Shown piece after piece: positions 39,875 through 47,845 of a stretch of 64,000 nucleotides of DNA. Source of the DNA: an uncultured Clostridia bacterium (lineage in GTDB: Bacteria; Bacillota; Clostridia; TANB77; CAG-508); NCBI GenBank assembly GCA_963559365.1, contig CAUWKC010000004.1:8431-72430 (forward strand), given 5' to 3'. The translations under genes and the position numbers were made by a program. Below the pieces are notes generated by a model. The model was not told where the DNA came from and searched no databases. It saw only the letters and a program-made list of their open reading frames with translations. Numbering within the stretch: the first letter of the stretch is position 1; every line of letters begins with the position of its first letter.

Positions 39875-39903
39875 TTGACAAGCATGAAAAAATATAGTAT
39901 AGT
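39875..39903 (+). promoter_or_regulatory. sigma-A promoter of the ATPase gene
   Basis: TTGACA at 39875-39880, 17 nt, TATAGT at 39898-39903. Confidence 0.55.
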
Positions 39904-39927
39904 AATTAAAAATGAAAGGAGAAGAAT

Positions 39928-41247
39928 ATGTTTACAAGAATTTTTATTGATAATTTTCTAGGAATATCAGCTCCAGTAAAATTTGATTTTATTTCTCAAA
40001 GTAGAAATAAGGATAAGTTAAATTCAGTAATCAAAATAGAAGATGGAATATATGTAAATAAACTTATTGGAATAATTGGTGGAAATGCAAGCGGAAAAAC
40101 TAGTATTCTTACTGCAATAAATATGATTGGTCAAATATTAACATCTCCTATTTTACAGTTTGATTTAAATGATAAAATGGATAGTATACGTGAATTATTA
40201 GAAAAAGACAATAATATTGAAGAGAGAAAATTACTTAGAGATATGATAGATAGTATAAATTCAAGTACTGATATTGCAGTACAAAATTTACGACGAAAAG
40301 ATGAAGATACAAAAATAGAAGTTGAAATGTATATAACATCAAATGAAGAAGAGTTGACAGGATATTACACATATAAAGTAAAACTAAATGGAAAAAGTAA
40401 AAAAATAAAAAATGAATTTTTAGGATTTAGAAAAAAATATAAAGATAAGATTGAACCGATTATTCAAATAGAAGATGCAAGAGAGGGACAAGTATATTAT
40501 ATAAATAGATTTTTTAGAAACATAACAGATATTGATAGGAAAAGTAAAACTGAATTAGAGAGAAAATACAAATATTGCAAAGTTTTTGTTGAACACTATA
40601 TAAAGAATTCTGCAACAATTGATACTAGCGAAGATTGTAATTATAAAGAATTAAAATATATTGATTGGTATAAAAAATCACCTGAATCTTTAAGAACTTT
40701 AGTAAGAGTTGTTGATCCAAAAATAAAAGATGTAAAAATAGAAAATGACAGTAAGTATGAGGAATTAGTTTTTGTTTTAAAAGATGGAAGTAATATTACA
40801 AGGAGCATGCTATCTACAGGTACAGAAAGATTTTTAAATTTAATACGATATGTTAATGAAATAATAGACAAAAATGGTGTATTAGCAATTGATGAAATTG
40901 AACAAAATTTGCATAAAGATTTAGTAGAATTAATAATAAAACTATTTAGTGAAATGACACATAAAAATGCTCAAATTATTTTTACCACATTAAGCCCAGA
41001 AATTTTTGATATTGTAGATGAAAATAATAAAAAGATTTTTAAACAAGATACTATTTTTATCATTAATTGTGATAGTGATGATATTCAAATTGATAAATTA
41101 ATTGATTTACAAATTGATGGTGCAAGAGTGAATGGAGATGCTTCGGTAGCAAATCTTTATAAACGCAAAAAAATCTCATGTCATCCAGATAAAGAGCAAA
41201 TAGATTTATTTTTAAATAATTTCAAAAACAATACAATTGACTTTTAA
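39928..41247 (+). CDS. ABC-type/AAA_21-like ATPase (defence-associated family)
   Basis: Walker A GGNASGKTS, signature-like LSTGTERFLNL, Walker B/D-loop VLAIDEIEQNLH. Long helical insert between the lobes. Confidence 0.7.
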   Translation: MFTRIFIDNFLGISAPVKFDFISQSRNKDKLNSVIKIEDGIYVNKLIGIIGGNASGKTSILTAINMIGQILTSPILQFDLNDKMDSIRELLEKDNNIEERKLLRDMIDSINSSTDIAVQNLRRKDEDTKIEVEMYITSNEEELTGYYTYKVKLNGKSKKIKNEFLGFRKKYKDKIEPIIQIEDAREGQVYYINRFFRNITDIDRKSKTELERKYKYCKVFVEHYIKNSATIDTSEDCNYKELKYIDWYKKSPESLRTLVRVVDPKIKDVKIENDSKYEELVFVLKDGSNITRSMLSTGTERFLNLIRYVNEIIDKNGVLAIDEIEQNLHKDLVELIIKLFSEMTHKNAQIIFTTLSPEIFDIVDENNKKIFKQDTIFIINCDSDDIQIDKLIDLQIDGARVNGDASVANLYKRKKISCHPDKEQIDLFLNNFKNNTIDF

Positions 41248-41394
41248 ATAGTTAGTCGTTAAAGAAACAAAAGAAAAAGAGCCATACGAATATAGCCCAT
41301 AATAAGTATAAATTCCGCCAAGAATTCAATACATACTTATTATATAACAAATGATAATTTTTGTAAAGTAGCGAACTTTTGTATTGGTTCTTGG

Positions 41395-41480
41395 AAGGAG
41401 GACCATATGTTTTTAAAAATAAAATTTCAGAAACAGGAATAAATGGTCTAGAACAAATATGTTTTAGACCATTTTAAAAT
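41395..41480 (+). promoter_or_regulatory. leader: 11-codon uORF with strong SD plus 9-bp hairpin upstream of the MBL gene
   Basis: GGAAGGAGG then ATG 41408 (MFLKIKFQKQE, stop 41441-41443). AATGGTCTA (41443-41451) pairs with TAGACCATT (41466-41474). Confidence 0.35.
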
Positions 41481-41506
41481 TTGAATGATGAAAGGATTGA
41501 AGTAAA

Positions 41507-42391
41507 ATGAAAATTTATGTTTTAAGTTCGCAACAATGCGAGGATAGTAGTAAAAATAATGGGGATTGTTTTGTAATAGATAGTAGTAAGGAAATAGTAA
41601 TATATGATTGTGGTTGTGAGGAGTATGCTGATTGGGTAATGGATTATATGAAAGAGCATAATTATTCAAAAGCAAAAGTTGTATTATCACATAATGATGG
41701 TGATCATTTTAAAGGAATTCCAGTATTGGTGAATAACGAGAAAACATCTGAAATAACAACAGTGTTATTGTTAAAATATGTTGATGACATTTTAGATATT
41801 ATAGATGATGGAAGAAAGAATAGAGAATCTTTGAAAAGACAAATAAAAGATACATATGATAATATAGAACAACTATCAGGGCATAATTTGCAGGACGCAT
41901 TTGAACATGTAGAAATTGCAGAAGGAATTAAAATTTCTGGCCCTGGTAAAGATTATATTTTAAATGCTGCAGCAAAGGGATTAGATACTACAGAAGGAGA
42001 TACTATAGATAGTTCAACAATTACTAACGCTACAAGTATTCATTTAGAAATTAGTGCTGGAAATAAAAAAGTATTATTAACCGGAGATTCATCTTTTGAA
42101 TCAGTAATGAAAGAGAATTTAGAAGAGTTCAAAGTAATACAATTGCCACATCATGGAAATGCAGACATAGGAGAAAAGATATTTGAAGAAACAAAAGACG
42201 ATTTAGAAAAACAATATATAATTTCTGATAATACTGGAAATTCAAATGGAGGATCAGATAAATTAGATACAAAAGGGTATAGGGTAATGAGTACAAAAGA
42301 AAAAGGAATGCTAACTTTGGACGAAAATCAAATTTCACAAAATAGAAAAACTATTGGAAATTTAGGAATTTATGAGATATTTGATTTGTAA
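41507..42391 (+). CDS. cytoplasmic MBL-fold hydrolase of the ComEC/Rec2-type subfamily (putative nuclease)
   Basis: VLSHNDGDHFKG (H.D.DH metal motif), VLLTGDSS and QLPHHGN, in the order found in ComEC-type MBL domains. No signal peptide or TM. Confidence 0.6.
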   Translation: MKIYVLSSQQCEDSSKNNGDCFVIDSSKEIVIYDCGCEEYADWVMDYMKEHNYSKAKVVLSHNDGDHFKGIPVLVNNEKTSEITTVLLLKYVDDILDIIDDGRKNRESLKRQIKDTYDNIEQLSGHNLQDAFEHVEIAEGIKISGPGKDYILNAAAKGLDTTEGDTIDSSTITNATSIHLEISAGNKKVLLTGDSSFESVMKENLEEFKVIQLPHHGNADIGEKIFEETKDDLEKQYIISDNTGNSNGGSDKLDTKGYRVMSTKEKGMLTLDENQISQNRKTIGNLGIYEIFDL

Positions 42392-42827
42392 GAAAGATGT
42401 ATCAAATCAAGAAATTAATGCTAGAATGAAGTATATATATGATTTATTTCATATATATACTTTCAAAGACAGCAAAAATTCTGATGAAAACATAACTGTA
42501 TTAGTGAGTATTCCTACAAATGAATTAGATGCTTTAATACTAGTTGGTCATGATCCTATAACCAATAATTATATTATAAATAATATAGATTATATTCCAG
42601 AAAATAATATTATAGTTATTTCTTGTAACACAGGAAAAATAAGAAATTTAAAAGACATCAGAAATAAAAAAATATTTTTACCTAAAAAAACAGGAGAAAT
42701 AGATTATTATGATGGAGCTGAGATAGGCTTTGATTTTGACATTACTGATGAAGAAAATATACTGTATAGAAGTAGAAAGATGGATTTTTATACAATGATA
42801 ACAACTGCATTAGAAAGGATAGAATAA
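42372..42827 (+). CDS. hypothetical 151-aa protein with strand-His / strand-Cys pattern
   Basis: Overlaps the MBL gene by 20 nt. Contains ALILVGHD and NIIVISCNTGK; no known family recognised. Confidence 0.5.
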   Translation: MRYLICKKDVSNQEINARMKYIYDLFHIYTFKDSKNSDENITVLVSIPTNELDALILVGHDPITNNYIINNIDYIPENNIIVISCNTGKIRNLKDIRNKKIFLPKKTGEIDYYDGAEIGFDFDITDEENILYRSRKMDFYTMITTALERIE

Positions 42828-43301
42828 ATGGAAAAAATAATTGAGAAGATAGAGATTTATCACTTTATAAATTACCTTTTACCAGGTACTATATTTGTAG
42901 CAATATTTAATAAAATTTGCGGAAATGAATTTATAGACAGTAATGTTGTAATTGCAGTTATTGAATATTATTTTATAGGGTTGATATTAAGTAGAATTGG
43001 TTCAGTAATATTGCAACCAATATTTAAAAAGGCAAAACTAATAAAATATGCTGATTACAATAAATATATTAAAGCTAGTGAAAGTGATAATAAATTAGAG
43101 ATATTACAAAGAGAAGCTAATCAATATAGAACATATATAGCTACATTTATCATATTGGCAATTATTCAAAGCTATACTTGTATTGTAAATAAAAATTTTT
43201 CAATAATTTTAATACTTTTTGTTGGACTAGTTACATTATTCACAGTAGCATATAAAAAACAAATAAAGTTTATTGTAGATAGAGTTGAAAAAATATATTA
43301 G
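42828..43301 (+). CDS. hypothetical 4-TM membrane protein
   Basis: The ATG immediately follows the upstream TAA (42825-42830). Four hydrophobic segments. Confidence 0.55.
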   Translation: MEKIIEKIEIYHFINYLLPGTIFVAIFNKICGNEFIDSNVVIAVIEYYFIGLILSRIGSVILQPIFKKAKLIKYADYNKYIKASESDNKLEILQREANQYRTYIATFIILAIIQSYTCIVNKNFSIILILFVGLVTLFTVAYKKQIKFIVDRVEKIY

Positions 43302-43371
43302 TTTGTTGAAAAAAATAAAAAAGTATGATAGTATAACTTTGGCGTAATAGAAAAGAAAGGATGATTAAAAT

Positions 43372-44223
43372 TTGAACAACAATATTTTAAAAGCAATTAT
43401 TAATTTGGTGCAAACACCTTCATTTGAATTAAAAGAATATTATAGTAATCGTAATAGAGCAAATAGTATGGGAGATGCACTTGAAGAATATATAAAAGAT
43501 ATTTTTGCAGGTACATATGCAATAGCAAATGAACAAGAACGATTAGAAAAAATAAGTGAAGTATTTAGCTATTTAGGTAACAATTCTAATCCACCAGATG
43601 CAATGCTAAAGAAAGGTGATGCAATAGAAGTTAAAAAGATAGAAAATAATAATGCTTCATTAGCTTTGAATTCATCATATCCAAAACATAAATTGTTTGC
43701 AGATAGTCCAATGATAAGTTTACATTGTAGAGATGCAGAGGAATGGGATGAGAAGGATATAATTTATGCGGTTGGTGTAGTAGATAACAATAAATTGATG
43801 AATTTAAGTCTTGTTTATGGATTAGATTATTGTGCGAGTGAAGAAACATATACTAAAATAAAAACAAAAATTAAAGATGGAGTTGAAGCAATACCAGGAG
43901 TAGAGTTTTCAGAAACTAGAGAACTAGGTAGAGTTAATAAAGTAGATCCATTAGGAATTACATATTTAAGAGTTCGTGGAATGTGGGGAATAGAAAATCC
44001 ATGGACAGTGTTTAAATATATATATGAAAAGGATTTAAGTAAAGAGTTTAATTTTTTTGCAATAATAAATGAAGAAAAATATGCAGATTTTAGTAAAGAA
44101 GATAGAAAAGAATTTGAGGATTTTGTTAATAAAAGTGATTTAAATATGACAAAAGTAAAAATAAAAAATCCAGATAATCCAGCTATATTAAATGTAGCAT
44201 ATTTAATAACGTACAGCAAATAA
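43372..44223 (+). CDS. type II restriction endonuclease, NgoPII-like (predicted GGCC)
   Basis: [10 protein letters not shown]...[18 protein letters not shown]...[28 protein letters not shown] resembles my recollection of R.NgoPII. Adjacent to a HaeIII-like methylase. Confidence 0.6.
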   Translation: MNNNILKAIINLVQTPSFELKEYYSNRNRANSMGDALEEYIKDIFAGTYAIANEQERLEKISEVFSYLGNNSNPPDAMLKKGDAIEVKKIENNNASLALNSSYPKHKLFADSPMISLHCRDAEEWDEKDIIYAVGVVDNNKLMNLSLVYGLDYCASEETYTKIKTKIKDGVEAIPGVEFSETRELGRVNKVDPLGITYLRVRGMWGIENPWTVFKYIYEKDLSKEFNFFAIINEEKYADFSKEDRKEFEDFVNKSDLNMTKVKIKNPDNPAILNVAYLITYSK

Positions 44224-44233
44224 GGAGGAATTT

Positions 44234-45211
44234 ATGAAAGTTATTAGTCTTTTTTCAGGGGCTGGTGGATTAGATTTAGGTTTTGAAAAAGCTGGTTTTG
44301 AAATAGAATGGGCAAATGAATTTGATAAATCAATATGGGAAACTTATGAGAAAAACCATAGCAATTATTTAGATAAAAGAGATATAAGAAAAATACCATT
44401 AAATGAGATTCCTGAATGTGATGGAATAATTGGAGGACCACCATGTCAAAGTTGGAGTGAAGCTGGAGCATGCAAAGGTATTAATGATGATAGAGGAAAA
44501 TTATTTTATGAATTTATAAAAATTTTAAATGACAAAAAACCAAAATTTTTTGTTGCAGAAAATGTATCAGGAATGCTTGCAGAAAAACATAAGGATGCAG
44601 TACAAAATTTTATAAAGATGTTTAAAGAAACAGGTTATGATGTTAATTTATATTTGGTAAATGCTTCTGATTATGGAGTGCCACAAGACAGAAAAAGGGT
44701 ATTTTACATAGGATTTAGAGAAGATTTAAATATAAAATTTGAATTTCCAAAACCATTATGTAAGAAAGTAAATTTAAAAGAGGCTATTGGAGATTTACAA
44801 GATACAGCTATTCCTGCATTAGAAAAAAATAAAACAAATGGAGCTTATTGTAAATTTCCCAATAATGAGTATATGACAGGGGGATTTTCTACTATATATA
44901 TGTCAAGAAATCGTGTTAGAAGTTGGGATGAACAATCATTTACAATACAAGCTGGAGGAAGACATGCTCCTATACATCCTCAAGCACCCAAAATGACATT
45001 TGTAGAAAAAAATAAGAGAGAATTTGTAAAAGGAAAAGAAGATTTATATAGAAGATTAACAGTTAGAGAATGTGCAAGAATTCAAACATTTCCAGATAAC
45101 TTTCAATTCTATTATACAGATGTAGCTGATGGATATAAGATGGTAGGCAATGCAGTTCCTGTTAAATTAGCTAATGTAGTTGCTAATGCAATAAAAAATA
45201 GTTTAGATTAA
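44234..45211 (+). CDS. DNA (cytosine-5)-methyltransferase, M.HaeIII-like (predicted GGCC)
   Basis: Motif [50 protein letters not shown]. The TRD ([11 protein letters not shown]...[31 protein letters not shown]) is collinear with M.HaeIII as I remember it. Confidence 0.85.
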   Translation: MKVISLFSGAGGLDLGFEKAGFEIEWANEFDKSIWETYEKNHSNYLDKRDIRKIPLNEIPECDGIIGGPPCQSWSEAGACKGINDDRGKLFYEFIKILNDKKPKFFVAENVSGMLAEKHKDAVQNFIKMFKETGYDVNLYLVNASDYGVPQDRKRVFYIGFREDLNIKFEFPKPLCKKVNLKEAIGDLQDTAIPALEKNKTNGAYCKFPNNEYMTGGFSTIYMSRNRVRSWDEQSFTIQAGGRHAPIHPQAPKMTFVEKNKREFVKGKEDLYRRLTVRECARIQTFPDNFQFYYTDVADGYKMVGNAVPVKLANVVANAIKNSLD

Positions 45212-45683
45212 TTTCAAAAAATTCGTGAACTGTGAATTAAATTTCATAGTGTTTTTATAAAAGACATTCTTCCGGCGGGCTAAAAAATGGTTTAGTAAAA
45301 ATTATCCGAACAGCAAAAATACTGTCAAAACATCAACCTGTTAGATTTTGAAAATTAAAATTTTAGATGATCAGAAGTGATTAAATAATTTATTAATAAT
45401 ATTATTACAAGAAGAAGTAAGGAATTTAATATTTTTATTAATTTTTTTACTTCTTTAATTTTAAATAAATTTATTGTATAAATTAATCAGTAATTATTGA
45501 AGAAATTTACAAAATATGGTATAAAATAAACAGTTATCTCATTTTAAAAATTTATTTCTTAATTGTTTGTATTCTAATCTTTTTATGGTTCTATTATTTC
45601 TATTGATATTAGAGTTGAAAAATTTCCAGTATTATAATATTATAATGTAAAATAATTATGAAGAATTGTTGCCAGGGGGAAAC

Positions 45684-46463
45684 ATGAATAATAATAAAGA
45701 GGATATAAAAGAGAAAAACTTAAAACAAATAGGAATAATAGTAAGTTTAATAATATTATTAGCTTTAATTGGTTATGCAATATTTCCAAACAGAGAAGAA
45801 TTATCAAACAATATTTCAACCGAAAATACACAAACAAATATAGTAAATAATATTCATACTAATGTTAGTATAAATGATATTCCAGAATATTCTGGACAAA
45901 TAGTTATTGACATTAATAATAATGTACCATATTTTAAAGATACAGAAATAACTACTGAAAATTTTGAATATTATTCACAACTTGATGAAATTGATAGAGC
46001 AGGTGCAGCTTTTGCAAATATATGTAGATATACAATGCCACCAGAAGGAACTAAAAGAGGAAGTTTATCATATAAGCCTACTGGTTGGGTTCAATATTTA
46101 TATGGAGAAAATAACAGAAAACATTTATATGAGAGATGCCATCTAATTGCATGGCAATTAGGAAATGAAAACAATAATAGACAAAATCTACTAACAGGCA
46201 CTGCACAGCTAAATGATGCTATGGTAGAATATGAAAATATAGTTGCAAATTGGATTAAACAAAAAAATAAGCAAAATAAAGATTATCATGTTTTATATAG
46301 AGTAACACCTATTTATGAAGATGAAAATAAGTTGGCAACTGGTGTAGAAATAGAAGCAAAATCTGTTGAAGAAGATGGAGTGTCTTTTAATAAATTTATA
46401 TATAATGTACAAGACAATTTTGAAATTGATTATAGAACAGGAGAAGCTAAATTATTAGAATAG
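45684..46463 (+). CDS. membrane-anchored DNA/RNA non-specific endonuclease (EndA/Endonuclease_NS_2-like)
   Basis: N-terminal anchor IGIIVSLIILLALIGYAIF. Also YYSQLDEIDRAGAA, YERCHLIAWQLGNENNNRQNLLTGT and YRVTPIY.. .LATGV.IEA.S. Confidence 0.7.
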   Translation: MNNNKEDIKEKNLKQIGIIVSLIILLALIGYAIFPNREELSNNISTENTQTNIVNNIHTNVSINDIPEYSGQIVIDINNNVPYFKDTEITTENFEYYSQLDEIDRAGAAFANICRYTMPPEGTKRGSLSYKPTGWVQYLYGENNRKHLYERCHLIAWQLGNENNNRQNLLTGTAQLNDAMVEYENIVANWIKQKNKQNKDYHVLYRVTPIYEDENKLATGVEIEAKSVEEDGVSFNKFIYNVQDNFEIDYRTGEAKLLE

Positions 46464-46478
46464 ATAAGGAGGAATAAT

Positions 46479-46955
46479 TTGAATTTAGGCTTAGATACAA
46501 TAATAGAAAAATTGGAACAAAATGATTTTATAAAAAATTTTATGCAAGAATTAAGTGAGACATTAGAAAAAATTAATAGTAGAAATGAATTAAAAGGTGA
46601 AAAAATGGATGATATTAAATTAACTCCTGAAGAAGATATGGAACTTTATAGAAAAAAATGGTCTTTTTTGGAAGGTTATTTTAGCAAGGAATTATCAGAC
46701 TTAAGTAAAGGTGATACATTTATTGTTACAGATAAGTATGAAAATGATTACGAATATCATAGATACAAAGTAACTCAATACAAAAATAATAAAGAATGTA
46801 AATATATTGCTTTTGAAAAAGATTTGCCAGAAAATATAAAATTAGGAGATGTCGTTAGAAAAGTTGATGGAAAATATATTTATGATGAACAGGCTACAAA
46901 ATATGTTACAGATTCTATAAATAAAATTAAAGAAGATATAATAAACAAACGCTAA
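46479..46955 (+). CDS. hypothetical acidic 158-aa protein (possible nuclease partner/inhibitor)
   Basis: TTG start 6 nt after AAGGAGG, 15 nt after the nuclease stop. No motif recognised. Confidence 0.45.
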   Translation: MNLGLDTIIEKLEQNDFIKNFMQELSETLEKINSRNELKGEKMDDIKLTPEEDMELYRKKWSFLEGYFSKELSDLSKGDTFIVTDKYENDYEYHRYKVTQYKNNKECKYIAFEKDLPENIKLGDVVRKVDGKYIYDEQATKYVTDSINKIKEDIINKR

Positions 46956-47208
46956 ACTATTAGTAAAAGCAAATTAAATAAATTTATACATAATGTAATA
47001 TACCAAAAAATGAACAAAATACCGAAGTGGGAATGATATATTCCTCTGTGTTTTTTCTGTGTTTTTTAAATACTTGTACAGGACTAGAAAACTTGGTTTT
47101 CTAGGTGTTTATGAGATTCACTCTGTATCTCTTTCCTGCCTTTTAGCATAAAAATAAAATTTGTTTTAAATGTCCGACATTTCCAAAATAAAAATTTTTA
47201 AATAGGTC

Positions 47209-47237
47209 TTGACAAAATATGTAAATGTATATAAAAT
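47209..47237 (+). promoter_or_regulatory. sigma-A-like promoter inside the 890-bp non-coding stretch of the island
   Basis: TTGACA at 47209-47214, 17 nt, TAAAAT at 47232-47237. Confidence 0.4.
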
Positions 47238-47378
47238 ATGAAAAGAAAGTGTGATGACATAGGCATTACACGGATTTTCTAATTAAGAAAATGTGTTAGC
47301 AGAAAGTTAAGTAAAAATATAGCAAAATTTTAGTATTGTAAAGATATAATAACAAATAACAAAATATGAATAAAAATA

Positions 47379-47418
47379 ACACCTAATAGTGTGAGAACAT
47401 TATTTGGTGTCTTTTTTT
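47379..47418 (+). terminator. rho-independent terminator (ends a putative ~180-nt non-coding transcript)
   Basis: 13-bp stem ACACCTAATAGTG/CATTATTTGGTGT (one mismatch, one GU), loop TGAGAA, then CTTTTTTT. Confidence 0.55.
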
Positions 47419-47845
47419 ATGAAAAAAATTATTTTAATACTTTTTTTGCTATATGAAACCGACTTCTATATAGAAGAAGTTAAAAAAGTACATTGACAAA
47501 TACACTTGTTTTAAGTGTCATAACAAGCCATTTTCTTTAATATTCTGTATTAGATAATTTTATTAAAAACAGTAAGGAGATGATGCAAATATGTGTGAGA
47601 AAATCAAAAATCCAAAAAATAAGTCAGAATTTAATACATATTGCATATTTACAGAAGAAAAAAAGGATGTGAAAGAAACAATCGGATTAATTTTTAAAGA
47701 TTATTTAGAAAATATAAAAATAAAAATTAAGTAGTTATTACATATTATTGCAAAATAATTTTGAGCACGTTACAATTTAAACATAGATGATTACAGATAG
47801 GAGGTCAGATGCTAGATTTAAAAAGCCAGAATTTTAAAGTACGGA

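Noticed and set aside
41448-41690. Minus-strand ORF 41448-41690, and other short ORFs inside the island antisense to cargo genes (40641-40871, 42129-42338, 43631-44219, 44244-44471, 45640-45837).
   Set aside because: They have no SD, low-complexity composition and full overlap with better-supported sense-strand genes.
45212-45665. 450-bp AT-rich spacer between the R-M pair and the nuclease, containing an isolated GC-rich word (TTCCGGCGGGCT) and a 9-bp stem AAGAAGTAA/TTACTTCTT.
   Set aside because: I could not build a convincing ORF, promoter/terminator pair or repeat from it. It is noted only as unexplained spacer.
47820-47824. Programmed -1 ribosomal frameshift at the A-run in the recombinase 5' region.
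   Set aside because: The required shift is +1, not -1. The run is only 5 As and no downstream stimulatory structure is evident. I kept it as an open frameshift or assembly question rather than claiming recoding.
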